From the NCBI GenBank assembly GCA_964106645.2, contig OZ067044.1: a stretch of 64,000 nucleotides of DNA; one strand, given 5' to 3'. Source of the DNA: Podarcis pityusensis (lineage: Eukaryota). The notes beneath the pieces were generated by a model. That model saw nothing but the letters and a program-made list of their open reading frames with translations. It did not search any database and was not told where the DNA came from. Positions 36,561-50,483 of the stretch are shown piece by piece; position 1 is the first letter of the stretch, and every line of letters begins with the position of its first letter. The translations under genes and the position numbers were made by a program.

Positions 36561-39500
36561 GAATCAAAGTGGATAGTTTCATTTTTATTGTGGAATAAGG
36601 ATGCAAACTCCTGAGCAGAGAAGAAAGAGTAGTGAAATAGTGTGGACCCTGCCTTGGTAAGGCACAAAACTCTAAAGATTCTTAGCCCTGAATCATAAAG
36701 GTAAAGTAGTGTTATTTAGCCAGGTAAATGGAAGACAATAGTGCATCAACCTCCTAGGGGTGGGGGGAAAGTGTCATGTACTGGGGAGCTATAAACCCTG
36801 TTTAGATAGGATACATTCCTGTTGGCTGCTATTCTGAATATATGGTACAGATATGCATACCATTGCTGTGTTTTAGGAACATGAAAGAGCTGGCCTGGCA
36901 TTTCATTGGACCTGAGGGCTTTAAAAATGAGGTGCTGAACTGAGTACTGTAGCTCTATAGGTGCTGTGGTTTAAGAGTGCTGTTCTAATACTACTCTTAT
37001 TTCTCAGCTGATTTAATGACTATTATTTTTAGAGTAATGTTACTGTTGTACAGAAGATGCTTTTAAAAAGGAGATGGCAGTGTAAAAGTTGTGAAATAAT
37101 GATTTTCACCTGTGTTTACATATAAAAGTAACTTGGAGCATGATCTTATTACAGAGAGAGTTGCCTCTATTGTGGGAGGGGGAATATTATTTTTCTTTTT
37201 CTTTCTTTCTTTTTGGTAAACTGAGCATTTTAAAAGTTTTGTATCTATTATGGGGTTTATTTTTACAAACAAAGAATTTTAATTAGGGATATGTTTTGGG
37301 TTTTGAAAACACTGGAATGAAAGTTGAATTTAATTCATTGGGTTGGGTCCAAAGTGGGGTGAGCAGACATCATAACAATTAAAGCACACAATTATAGAGC
37401 AAAATATTTAGGTCACTCTTTTGTATAAGGATGTTTCAGTCTGAAGCTGGAATCAATCTCTCTGATAGTGAGGAGGACTCCCTTTGCTTACGACATTTTA
37501 GGGAAGAATTTGTAGATGGCACTAGTACTGTATTATTATTATAATCAGCTCTGGTTAATTATTAACCTGCTTGATAAAATCCTGTCCTGGTCAAAATGAC
37601 CGTGATACTGTTGTCAGGAACAAATAAATAAAATGTAGGCCCAATATAGGAATCTCCAACCTTTGCAGACCACCTGAATGTCCATCTTTGACCATCATTG
37701 CTGTGAGAATCATTGAAGTAGAGTCTTCAGCAATGTCTGATGGAGTCCTTGGTATGAGAATAGGGATTTTTATAAGGATGTCCCTATTGGATAAATGTTG
37801 CTTAGAGTTTACTGTGTGTGGAGCTGGGCTCATGTGGTTTTGTTTAAGGCAGTCTTCTAGTCAAGGGCCTGCTTGTGTGAACAGGGTCTAAGAAGTACTA
37901 CTATGATAGTGAATGTGGTGCTGTGCTTCTGAATCATGACTCCTAACCTGTATTTACTTGTACTGTTGATTAAGCATACTCTTTTGTCATAGCTGCTTAA
38001 TAATATCGTTTTGGAAGTACAACAGATAGACAAAAGCAAAGATAATTGCACTATAGCAGTGATGCATGTTGACATGTGACCCCCCCCCCCCCAATCTTCC
38101 CATGCACATAAAAAAGTTAATTGACTAGGTTTCTTTTGGCTCATTACATAGAAGACATTTCTTCTAGCCAGAATCATATTCTGAATTTCTTCAAATGAGA
38201 GCAGAATGGAAATATAACAAATAAACTGTGTTCTCTTTTTGTGTTTCAAACTGCTGTGATTTTCTTTTCTTCTCTTACGAAAATGTTTCTGAAAATGCAG
38301 TTTATTTCTTGTCACAGTTTAAAATGCTGCCTTATTAAAGAAGGTATGAAAGGGCTTACTATTTGCTCTTTAATTTCCTTACTAATATGTTGGCATGTTT
38401 GGTTTGAACCTGAGCTAGTGGAAGTTTATTCTTAACCAAAGCAGTTCCTTTTGGAAGAAAGTAGGTTAAATGTGAGTTGTAGAGCCCCAGGGCTCTTTTT
38501 TTTGTTCAGCTTTAAAACTCCTTCAAGTGGGCCTCCTTTTAGAGACCTGGATTCATATGTTTGCGAGGTTGATCCAAATTAACATCAGAATACTTCCTTT
38601 CAACTTTTATATATACAAAGGACTGAAGAAGAAAAAAAACCCTACTATACTAAACTAACAGGGTTTGAAATCCCTCTGAATAAAGAGAGTTAATTTTCCT
38701 TTTGCTCAACGGGATTTTTAAATGCCTGTAAGAGTATGTTAAGGTGCTGTAGAGTATAATAAAATGCTATTACTGTCAAAAAAAAGGTACATAATGAAGG
38801 CATCTGCACAAAAGGCTCGTATAAATGTCAATCACTTCCTTCTGGCTTATACTCTTAAGTGCAATATTTGAAGCAGATAATGTTTAATGTTTGGACAACA
38901 TTTCAGAACCTTCCATTTTCATCAAAATATCAATCTGTCTTTATCGCACCATGGTAGAATGGCTTTGTGCGTTATTTAAGTGGCATTATTTAGGAAACAA
39001 ACCAATATTGCATAAAACATTTTTAGTCCCCAAATGCATGCATGTGTGTATGTGTGCATGTACTCACATGAACACACACATAAATGCACACGTGCATGTG
39101 CACACATGTTAGAGCATGTTCAGGTTGCTGCTTAAAGAAAGTGGGCAGCCATTTCCACAGTTCTTTCAGTTCCTTTGTTATTTCCACCCAAGTCTCATCG
39201 CTTCCACAGTGCACAGTGCAGGTTAACTGGGAAGCTAGGATAAGGTTGTATCCTTCATAAGATCTAGTTGTGTGTTGGTAACATGTAACGATTTGAAAAA
39301 AACAATGTGGAAACAGAAAACAGATTATGTTAACTTCTGTGTTCAACTGATCATATGAAAAGCAATGTTCAAAGAACATCAGATCTGATCTATAATAGGG
39401 AGATCTTTTTAGCTTTTAGAAATTATCATAGAATATATCTTACTTTACTTAAATTACTGTTATTTGGCCTTAAAACATTTAAAGACTTTGTATTACTTAG

Positions 39501-40194
39501 ATACATACATTCACTCAATAAATTAAAATTGAATTAAAAAATTTAAAAATTGATGTGTTCTACTGCTGTGTGTAATCATCCAAAGTTATGCCTGAAATGT
39601 GTATAATTCCATCAACTAAGCTTATAGTTTTGCTTCTATACAGCAAATAAACACTGTGTCTGAAAGTAGCATTGTAACATCCAGTAATTGTAGGTCTTTA
39701 TAGCCTGAAACTTCATGCTTATCTATTTTTATCGTCAAGTTTATTAAAAGCTCAAACATATATTATTTCAAAGCATATATCAACAACAAACCATAGTCAA
39801 GAGCAAGTTCAGAGGATAAATAAAAACAACAATAATATTAGTTTCAATTACACACTTAAGCTTATTCACAATAGTACATGGAGATGTACAGCTTGTGTGG
39901 AAGGCTTCATATCAAATATGAGTTTTGAGAGACGGTTTGAAAGAAGCAAAGGAGGTAGAATCACATAGGTGAGGGTGTTTTGAACAGAAGAGGCAGGATG
40001 GGAGAAAAGTTGGAGGGAGAAGGAGAGCTTTTGACAGCTGCAAATAAAGGGGCTGGTGGAGCAGAGCTCATGAGCAAAGATGTATTGGGATATGAGAGCA
40101 GAGAGATAAAAGAGGACAAAGCTATGGCGAGCTTTTAAGATAAACACAAGAAGCTTATGTAGTTTATGGAAATGAACAGGGATTTAAGGAGGTA

Positions 40195-40292
40195 AGAACA
40201 CAGAACATAAGAAGCTGCCTTATTCTGGGTCAGACCATTAGTCTATCTAGCTCAGTATTATCTACAGTTTCAGGCAGGGGTCTCTCCAAGCC
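40195..40292 (-). mobile_element. Squam3-like SINE 3' part
   Basis: agaacataagaagctgccttattctgggtcagaccattagtctatctagctcagtatt is the reverse complement of the 35289-family tail. Confidence 0.8.
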
Positions 40293-40295
40293 ATA

Positions 40296-40342
40296 CATAG
40301 TCACCTTTGACTGGACTTAACCATCCAGGGGTCATTTACCTT
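40296..40342 (+). mobile_element. Sauria SINE 3' tail fragment
   Basis: gactggacttaaccatccaggggtcatttacctt matches 24649-24683. Confidence 0.65.
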
Positions 40343-40773
40343 GTGACTTGGCAACATTCTGAATGTGGGGAGCAAAGGAGTCAAAGCTTCTTCATGTCTG
40401 CTAATCCAGGGTGTCCTGTTATTATCAATAGCTAGGGAGAGGAGTGAGGAAAACAGGATGCCAGGCTTGGGAGAAAAGATGAGAAGCTCAGTCTCTGTAC
40501 ATAGTGAGTTTTAGAGGACAATGGAGCATCCAGGCAAAAATCCCACAGGCAGGTAGAGATGAGTGACTGGATCCATAGTAACATTTAAACCTGGGAAGAA
40601 AGTGGTGGTGGGAGCGTCAGCAGTGTTGGCAGGGCTCCAGTGGCTTTCAAAAAGCTCTTTGGTTGATTTTTTAAAGGGTTTAAATGCTAAGAAGGAGCAG
40701 AAGGAAACAAGGCTGTGTGTTGAACTATAACAAGGTGTCCTAGTTCTGTGCACCTGAAATGTAAGTCCACTTT

Positions 40774-40774
<1 letters not shown>

Positions 40775-40804
<30 letters not shown>

Positions 40805-40815
40805 TTCATCTTCAT
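40775..40815 (+). repeat. (ATC)n microsatellite
   Basis: About 10 ATC units followed by TTC variants. Confidence 0.95.
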
Positions 40816-41467
40816 TTATTTAAATCATATTTGAGCATTTTGTTATTTAATTTTTACATGGTAAGTTGTAAACACACTGACTAAGAGATGAGGTAATATT
40901 AAATAGAGCAATAACACTATACACCTAGGATTTCCATTTTCAACAGTTTTGTCCTATTTCTTGAATGGAGAATAAACCTTCAGTGCTTGTCAGAATTTCT
41001 GGGCTGGTTCAGACTTTAACTTTTATGCTCCATTCCACTCTTTCCCCTCCATCCATGAGGTCTGATTTCACCTCTGATCTGCTGTTTGGGCAAAGCATGG
41101 CTGGTTGTTTTATCTGAATCAGCAGATTATGGTTTGCAGTCGCCTTTCAAATCAAAACTAGAAATCATAGTTTGGAGGGCAAGCATGAAGATAAGTGTGC
41201 TGCTTAAGAAGTAATGGCAAATTATGGCTTGCTTAAATAATAAAGCCATGTAGGTCTTTAGGTTATATAAAGGGCTTAGGAAACACAGAAGCCCCAGCTC
41301 TTTGATCAAACAGTGGTTTGCATCTGGAGCAATCTATTATCATTTCTGAGGTCGAAAAGAAAAGGAAATGTAAGTGTAATGAGTAAATATTTGAAAATTT
41401 ATACAATTTCTTTAAAGGCCAAGTCTTTCTATGCTTTTTAAAGGACTGGCTCTATGGGTCCTGATCT

Positions 41468-41565
41468 ATGATGCAGGAGCAAAAATGCTATTCTAGGCTG
41501 CATCAACAAAAGTATAGCGTCCAAGGGAAGTAATAGTAGCACTCTATTCTGCATTGGTCAGATAC
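41468..41565 (+). mobile_element. CR1 ORF2 internal fragment
   Basis: Encodes the remnant NAILGCINKSIAS..EVIVALYSALVR, a CR1 signature. Confidence 0.8.
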
Positions 41566-42789
41566 AATTCATTGGTCAGATACAATTCTATGTTTTATGC
41601 TTTAAGTGTTCTGGCAATATTGTTCACAACCAGAGCACTTTCTGACATTTATGCAGCAGAGCTAGAGAAGTTTTTGATCAAGATAAATAAGAAGCTACGC
41701 TATTAGATACTGTTCATATTATTTGTTAAGCTCGGCTTTGTGCACCTTATTCTCGGCCAAAAGTTGTTCAGCCATGAATACTGACTGTAAAAGTTAATCC
41801 ATCTACATACATGGTCATGTTCCTTTTATCATTACACTCACAGATTGCTTCCTGTCCTCCATAACCTACAAGCAAACTAGTTGTTTGATGCAATGATTCT
41901 TCTGTAAAGTAGTCTGAGATACACAATCCTTAAAATAAAATTATGTAAGTCTCTTGGACATATTTTGTGTAACAAGCAACTAACAAGTTTAATAAATAAT
42001 AATGATCTTGAACATAATAAACTATGCTACTATTGAACCTACTTTTCCAGAATGGTTAACGGATTATGTTTTTCCTTGGCAGTGAAGGCCAGTTGCATTT
42101 CTTAGACCAACCTGCCCAGTCTGACAGTACAGGAGCATGAAGGGTTTCTTAAGAATGGGTACAAATGAATGCCAAGTGATCCTTTACTCCCCATAAATTA
42201 AGTGTAATAAAAGAGGATTTGCAAACACTGCTCTTACATTGAGAAGTGACTAAAACCAGATTATATTGTGTAAGTGTGTGTATCTGTAGAGGTTGATGTT
42301 AGCAAAAGGTTTTAAACAGTGCAGACTACATTGTTGTTTTCACACATGTGCATTTGGAATCCAGGGGAAAACATTTTTTTAAAAAAGATGTTGAAGTGGT
42401 GTGCTTCTGTTTTCCGGTTACCTTGGCTGTTTTCCCAACACAGACAATCCGCTATGACTGTGAGTTGCATGTTTGGTTCTTCTGAATCTATTAGTATGTT
42501 GTGACCAAACTGGGCACCAAGGCAGTTTGCTTGAAATATTTGAAGATCAAGATAAGTTACAAGCACTTTTCATGCCACCCTTTAGGCTGCAATCCTGTAC
42601 CTACTTTTTGAATAGTCATTGTGTTGTTAAGGTATGTAATAGCTCAACTACAATATGGGCGCTACCAAGAAGTCCTCTGTAGATGTTAAATGGGCCTCTC
42701 AAATATGTAGGTAAGTGTAAATTATTTATTTGTTTGTTTGTTTGTTTTTTAAAAAAACTTTTTATTAAATTTATTTTATTTTATTAAAT

Positions 42790-43340
42790 AAATAAATAAA
42801 ATACTTCCTATATTACCTTTCCTTATTTCTGGGAAGGGTGCAAAAGAAGCATGGAAAAGATCTGTAGGAAATATTATGATGCCAAAATACATTCAGGAAT
42901 TATTTGGCAACAGACTAAGAATATATTGAGGAAATGTGTAAGAGATACTTATCAACTTCATCTTGAGATGCAATAGAATTTTTCCTAAACTGTTTCAGGC
43001 TACTGTTGAAACACTACAGAAGTTATTGATATCTAAAGTAATTTGTAGATTATGGTACCTGGTTCCCAGGTGAGCTCTATTCTGCTGTTACTTGCAGTTA
43101 ATTCTAGAATTGCCTGGCTCTAAATCTGTTTCTTTTCAGTTATTTTACTCAAGATAAACAAATGTAGATGTTCAAGGGCACATCTTGTAGAAGGACTCAT
43201 CTACAAAAATGCCTTTTATATTTCTTAGCATATATTTCTTAGCGTATCTAGTATGTATGACAAATGCAAATACCCTTTAAAACATTTATCTGGAAAGGTT
43301 TACAGATTTTAGTAAACATGTTGGATTTCCCCCCATTTTA
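42790..43340 (+). mobile_element. Possible fossil L1 ORF2 C-terminal fragment
   Basis: RLWYLVPR (compare YRWYLTP) at ~43047, followed by Cys remnants. Heavily decayed. Confidence 0.4.
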
Positions 43341-44851
43341 CTTAGGAACTGGATTAGCATTTTTAGACTTTTACACTTTAACAAGTTACTGTCATTGATC
43401 AGCTACTTAATTACCATTGATTCTCCATGTGAGTACATAATCTCATGGCATAGCTAGAGTAACAGTTGTTAAGAACTACCGTATTTAACATCATACGCTC
43501 CCTGTGTGTAAATATATAAAATCATTTGCTTTCCTTTTTGGGCAACATGTTTCCTAACAGCTGGGATTTTTTGAATAACTGCCATCACTTTGAAAAATGG
43601 CAAATCTTTTTGCAGATTTGTGGTCAGTGTTATTGAATTCCAATCCATATAAATGTTGATTAAAATCTGTTGAAGAGCATAAATGTTCTGAGATTGTGCT
43701 GAGGATCCATGGTTTATAGAAGTAGGTTTTCTCTGTGAAAAAATATGGAGATAAATACATATATTATTAAATACATACAGCATTTCAGTGTTCGGATTTG
43801 ATTATTCTGTGATTCGCCCTGAGATCTATGTAGAAAGGGCATTATACAAATTTAATAAATAATAAGTAAACAAAATATTAATAATTATGAATCTTTGCTA
43901 AAATATGAAAGTCCTGACAATGGCAGTTTATTAGCTTTTCATTACACCTATGTTAACAATCCACTTTTTTTTTTGCTCAAATCCTGCTACGTGATCCATT
44001 CTGTGGTGAAGTACGTGTTTCTATGTTCAGGGCATCTTCTTGTCAAATATTTCCTATCAGGTTCTAATGTTAACATCTCAGGATGCAGTGTGTTTGGGCA
44101 CAGGAGTCTCTGTCAAAGTGGAAAGGCCAGTTGAATATGACAGGGTGGTTCCTTGGGACTGCCATTGACTTCTGAGAATCAAGAGATTAAGGTGCTGAAT
44201 GTCATTGGAACCTTTGGCTCAGGCTCTTGCTATCAGGAAAAGACAAATGCAGTTCCAATAGTTCACTCTCAGGTCTGCCATAGTCCATCTATTTTTCTGA
44301 CCTTGAAGTCAGTATCTGTTTCAAAGATTTAAGTTATTGGACCTGTGAAGATTTAGGCATGCCTTTTGTTTTGTGGTGAAGTCTGCCAAGCTTATTTATT
44401 AAATTTGTATGCCTCCCTTCATCTGTAGATCTCAGGGTATTTCACAACACAAAATGCACAATAAAAACAAAACCCACAAACCAATAAACCTCCCTTCTCC
44501 CCTTCTGCCTTCTCCTCCTAACAAATTTTTAAAGGTCTGGTTGCTCAGGTGCCTGTATAGGTGTTACCTAGAAACCTACCTAATGGTGGTAAATCAGAGC
44601 ATGTTACTCCCAGAAGTACCATAATTTCACAAGGATGGCTGGGAGACTTTATAGCACTGGGGGAACATAGGTCTTAGCTGATGACTGGGGTCAGAGATAC
44701 AGTGGTATAGCTGGGGTGAAAAAGTGGTCTTGCTACAAAATTTAATTTGCCCACTTTTCAGAAAACAGGCTTGTCCTGTTCATAATGACCATAGGCTGTG
44801 GGCCTGTTTTTGGGGTGAAGTAGTCCAAATCTACAACTGGAATTAGTGGTG

Positions 44852-45186
44852 TGTTACAGAGTGTTGGATCCACCACAGTGTTGGAATTTCCATTCCACCT
44901 TAAGGAGGATTGTTACGTGTCACATGTTTGTTTACATTCCAACACAGTTTGCTGGGAACTTCCGTTGTGTATAGCTTTTGCTTTTGACTCTCTCTCTGAG
45001 GAGACGAAAGAGAGACATGTTTTCTTTGTCCTGATTTATGCTTAATAAATCTGTAGCTTGTTAGTATGCTTCCACAAGCCTCACGCCATTTCTGTTTGCG
45101 CAGTATGCTCTGCTGATATAGTGTGCTCAGGCTTTGAAGTCTGAGTCACTGATTTACGTTGCACCAGAGATCGGGGGTTCGTCATG
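44852..45186 (+). mobile_element. Possible solo LTR
   Basis: Begins TGTTAC, has an internal AATAAA (~45043), is locally CpG-richer and ends near ttcgtca. No convincing TSD. Confidence 0.35.
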
Positions 45187-45349
45187 ACTGGAAGGGCATG
45201 ATCCAGCTGGGGGCTAGCCAGCTGGCTTCTCGACCCCCGAAGGATGCCAACACACAGCACCCAGAGCCCTTCTGCTTGTGCTGGTCAGGTTGGAAGGTGT
45301 TGGGGGAAATGCATTTTGTTTTTTTGCTGGGCACCCCATCCATCAGCAT

Positions 45350-45431
45350 TGTGGGGTTAAGCAGAATCATTTATACATTCTTTTAAATACTGTGGGGTTA
45401 AGCAGAATCATTTACACATTCTTTTAAGTAC
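45350..45431 (+). repeat. 41-bp tandem duplication
   Basis: tgtggggttaagcagaatcattta(t/c)acattcttttaa(a/g)tac twice, with 2 mismatches. Confidence 0.95.
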
Positions 45432-47837
45432 CACATTTTCATCATTTTTTTAAAAAAATTAAAGTTCTAAAAATGTAGTTACAGAACTAAAGTAAAGTAA
45501 TAATAAATTCATCCTATGCATACTATATTTTTGGAAATGCCTAACTATTAAGACATGCCCTTGGTTACACCATGTTTATTTCACAGTAAATTACTGTAAT
45601 GTTGCACAAGACGTGTGTATATATCTAGTGAGTCAAAAGAAACAGTAAAACAACCCAGAGTATAAAGGAACAAAAAGAATTTTCAACAAATAGAATGTAT
45701 TCCCACCTTAACAAAAGAGCTTTAGAACTTCCCAAGGGTCATCAGTAGGTCAGCAACCCAGAGAAGATAAAGAATAGTATTTTGATAATGTCTGTTTGCC
45801 TTGCCTCCCACAAGTGTAATATAGACACTGTTTTAAAAATTGCAGTTTTAACACTCCAACCCTTCTTCTTAATTGTTTATACCATTTCTCCATTTTATTT
45901 CACTGGGCATTATCCTGTTTTTATCTGCCTCATTACACTTACGAAAAATAGCTTTATGGCCTGATCTTACAGAGTGGTGTTAACTGACATTGTCCGTTTC
46001 AGAACCATTCCTACTAGTAGACTTGTGTCTTTCTTTAAAATGGAGAACTATTGTTATCTACATACTGAAATAGCTTTCTATGCCAGCGTTCTTTCTTTCT
46101 CACAATGCTCAAGGTACATAGGAAATCCTGCACTTTTGTTCATTTAAATGGCCAGTGACCATGTAAGATATATATATATATTTGCTATAGATGGGGAGGG
46201 CGCTATGAAGATTGGAAACATTTTTTTTTCTGTTCCCCAAATATCTGTTACATGTACTGTTGAAATGGGGCAGGTTTATTGGAAGGCAAATGTTGCAGCT
46301 ATCAAACATAAGCTACACTTCTTGGCTGCCAAATGTGAGTGATTGGCATAAGCTGCTTATTTCAAAATGTGTTAATTATTCACAGTTTCTGCAGAATTGT
46401 TTTCCTTCACACATGATTGGTGGCTGTGATGACCATTTTGATGAGCTGCTTATAACATTATTAGGGTGTTTTTGTTATTTGTTTTGCTTTCTGGTGCCTT
46501 GCGGGTGGGTATGCTTATCCATCACAATTAAAGCATGTTTCTTACATGCCTAAAGCCAGAAACTGAAACACACAATTTACCAAGTCTACCTCCTTTCACT
46601 AGGTGCTCATAAATGTAAGTTATGCAAGTTCATGAATAATGATACATTAAGAGTGCTCTTTAGGACATTAAAAGTTAAGTACTGTGGTTCAGCAAAAAGT
46701 ATTATACAGAAAAAGATTTGTGGGGCAGAAGGAGTTTAAGGATGAGAGCATAACATATATATCATGTGTGTTTATGACTAAACAAAGATGATAGAAAGGT
46801 ACACTGCATCCATAACTGCAATTTCTTGCTTGGGCTTAGTACAAGCTTGTGGCATAGTGGCAAATTCTGAAGTGCAGGCATTCTTCCTGACAACCCCATA
46901 GCCAGGTACCCTTAGCCATGCCCCTTTGTAAGACTATATAACAAAAGTGCATTTTTAATCAGTGCAGACATTATTTCTTCAGTAACAAGCCTGCTTCCCC
47001 CCCTCAACCTCTGCTCTGTCTAACATCCAACTTGATGAAAAGTTCTGTTGGACTCAGTATTTTATGGTACTTGGTTGGTCACAATAAAGAGGCCTTGGAA
47101 TATTACAAAATAATGGGCAGTTTAACCCTTAGCCTTGCCTGCTAATGCAACCCGCCTCTTCCTATGCTTAGCTTATTTGGTTGGATTGTAAAGAAAGTTT
47201 ATTTATTTGGAGGAGGATTAGGCAATAACACCCCAAGAGATGAAATCATTGACATCTTATTGTAATTATTTGTATGGTTTTAATAGATGTTATATATGTA
47301 TATTGTTTTAATTCTATCAATGTTTAATTGGTTTTCAATGATAGTTTTCTCTTTTTTGGTTTGTTTTTAATCTGTCAGCCACCTTGAGTCCTGTCAGGGA
47401 AAAAGGCAGGGTTTAAATAAATATATTATACTAATAATCAACCATACTGTGAAATAAGTGGTGATGCCGCATTCTCACTTATCCCGGCTCCATTACAATA
47501 ATTACTTCTGTAACTGTGTTCATTAAGTTATTATATCAGCTTCGGAAGTTAAACTGGAGCTCTTGGTTCCAAACAAACTATTATTTTAATATGCAGAATG
47601 ACTTACAAATAATCGTTTTCCATCCATTATTATCACAGGTAGCAAAACTTTTGTGCTTGAATGAGGACTGCGCCAGACTTTGGGGGTGTGGCATGACATG
47701 GTGCTCATGATGAGCCCTTAGCCGGACTATAGACTTATGAAACCAATAAATTTCATAGATGTAAGGGCTAGATCTTCACATTTTGGGTAACTCAGCATGT
47801 TGGGAGGCCACCACCGATAGGAGCGTCACTTCACTTC

Positions 47838-48227
47838 CATTTCCGAGCACAATTCAAAGTGTTGGTGCTGACCTTTAAAGCCCTAAACGGCCTCGGTCCT
47901 GTATACCTGAAGGAGCGTCTCCACCCCCATCGTTCAGCCCAGACACTGAGATCCAGCGCCGAGGGCCTTCTGGCGGTTCCCTCATTGCGAGAAGTAAGGT
48001 TACAGGGAACCAGGCAGAGGGCCTTCTCGGTAGTGGCGCCTGCCCTGTGGAACGCCCTCCCAGCAGATGTCAAAGCAATAAACAACTATTTTACTTTTAA
48101 AAGACAACTGAAGGCAGCCCTCTTTAGGGAAGTTTTTAATGTCTGATGCTGTACTGTTTTTAATATTCAGTTGGAAGCCACCCAGAGTGGCTGGGGAAAC
48201 CTAGCCAGATGGGCGGAGTATAAATAA

Positions 48228-48272
<45 letters not shown>
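47838..48272 (+). mobile_element. Young 5'-truncated L2-clade LINE with (TTA)n tail
   Basis: Uninterrupted ORF2 C-terminus FKVLVLTFKALNGLGPVYLKERL...RAFSVVAPALWNALP...LKAALFREVF (stop 48146). CpGs are retained. Short 3'UTR, then ~14 TTA units. Confidence 0.92.
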
Positions 48273-48274
<2 letters not shown>

Positions 48275-49808
48275 ATTTAAAACCAGCACCAGCACCTGCC
48301 CCTTAAAAGCATCCCAGGGTCTGGCAGGAGTTGTGCCAGTGCGGGGCCCCTCAAGTCCCTTGGGACCTTGGCAGGTGTCCAGGCTTGGCTTGATTGACCA
48401 GAAATTAAGGAATCTTCAGTTTTGTGTCCATACAAATAGAATGGTAGCAGGTCCCTCATATTTAAGGTACAGTGCAGAAAATGGAGGATTTTGCTAGGGA
48501 AGAGTATGTTTTTAAAGGAATGATTTGGATTAAATTATTTATACAAGGCATCTACCCATCCTTGTTTCAATTTGCCTCTAGATGTTTGAGGCCAACGCGC
48601 TAAGAGTCACAGCTGCTGAGTTCACATGTTACATTATTCACATAAGTGCAGTTCACTTGATAGACTGAACTTGTGCTACTCCTGCCATCAGTTATTTCCC
48701 AATCCAGAGGGTATCTGTTGTGCATTTACATACTATTTGACTTAAATTGACTGAAATTATCCCCTTTGGACCATTTTACATTAGCAAGATTGTTGGAATA
48801 TATCCTTTACCAGGTGTGCCATCTGCCCATAGCCATATATCCCTCCAGTGGAAAGCTGAGAAACCAAGTCATCCCTGCAGCCACATTAGTCTTTTATCTG
48901 TTTGAAAGATTATGCTCCAGGAACTTGCGTAGCACATGGTGAAAAAGTTTCTTTTTCTTTATTTAAACCATTCTACGTTATTCTTTTATGCAGGCATTTT
49001 TCGACATGTTTTTGTTTCCATAGCTTCACATTAATAACTTGAGTACTCATTTCAAAGAGGTAGCAGAATAATATGATTGAATAATTTCTACCATTGATCC
49101 ATAATTCTATTACTGTATATATACTATATCTATCTATCTATCTAAGCTGAAATTGCATATCATATTTTTCTGGAATTATCTACAGATGTTTGTAGAATTT
49201 CCAGTCGTATGCTTTATGCAAGTTTCTTCATCCTGAGTTTCCCCCCCTTTTGGGATGGAGGCAGAGCCTGCTATCTTCGGTCGCATGGATTTTAACTATA
49301 GGTTACCTAGGAACACTGGATTGATTCTAAACACTAGAATGGTGAACTTTGACCTCCTTCATAGCAGATGGAACATTTAGTGAGCAACTGGTCATGTGTA
49401 ATGTTAACTCTTAGCAACTAACAAAGACACAACATATGCCCTTTGCTTTGCACAGGATGGAAATAGATGTTATTAAAATTGCATCCTCCAAGCACTATAC
49501 AGTTGTAACATGAAATATTATGTTCATTAGAATGGAGTAACATTTCCCTGTATTGCCTTTGCAACAACTGCACAGCATGTTTTTAAAATGAACATTAACA
49601 GACATTACACATAGCCACAGTTGTCAGTGTTTAATTAAGGAGGGTCTCTGCAATGTAGAATGTCACTGTTTGTAAATGTGTTATAAAAGGTTCAAATTAA
49701 AATGCTGTACAATTAGTTTGCATGACAAAATGACTTTGCAAGACCCCTACAATAGACAATTTAGAGAAATAACTATTCTGTGTTTAAAATACTAAAGGAG
49801 CAACAATT

Positions 49809-50172
49809 NNNNNNNNNNNNNNNNNNNNNNNNNNNNNNNNNNNNNNNNNNNNNNNNNNNNNNNNNNNNNNNNNNNNNNNNNNNNNNNNNNNNNNNNNNNN
49901 NNNNNNNNNNNNNNNNNNNNNNNNNNNNNNNNNNNNNNNNNNNNNNNNNNNNNNNNNNNNNNNNNNNNNNNNNNNNNNNNNNNNNNNNNNNNNNNNNNNN
50001 NNNNNNNNNNNNNNNNNNNNNNNNNNNNNNNNNNNNNNNNNNNNNNNNNNNNNNNNNNNNNNNNNNNNNNNNNNNNNNNNNNNNNNNNNNNNNNNNNNNN
50101 NNNNNNNNNNNNNNNNNNNNNNNNNNNNNNNNNNNNNNNNNNNNNNNNNNNNNNNNNNNNNNNNNNNNNNNN
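49809..50172. other. Assembly gap
   Basis: N run. Confidence 1.
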
Positions 50173-50483
50173 GGCTGAAATACCCGTCTTTTCTTCCACT
50201 CTTGGCTGGATTCCATCAAGGTCCTTGTAGCCCTTACCTCTTTGTTGTCCCTCTTTCAATGCAAACAAAGGTACTAACAGAAAATTGCAACTACATTTTT
50301 TAAAAAAATGTTAATCCTCCCCCTTTTTAGGGGAAAATGGAGGGGAGAAAACACCTGTCTACATTTTGTCTATTTCTCTTCCATGTTAGCTGCAAAACTA
50401 GGAAATATCAGTATCTTTCTTTCTTTTTCCCCACCCCTCTGTTCCACATTTAATGAGGATTGATGACATAAAATGCTAATGGC

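Larger units (their letters stand above)
39880..40640 (-). mobile_element. Ancient L2 LINE C-terminal remnant, interrupted by SINE pieces
   Basis: Minus strand PVHF..HKLLVFILKA....YLSAL...FSHPA...N.L resembles the L2 ORF2 end. Confidence 0.55.

Noticed and set aside
47859-48146. Nested host gene (95-aa ORF)
   Set aside because: It is the C-terminal fragment of a 5'-truncated LINE ORF2.
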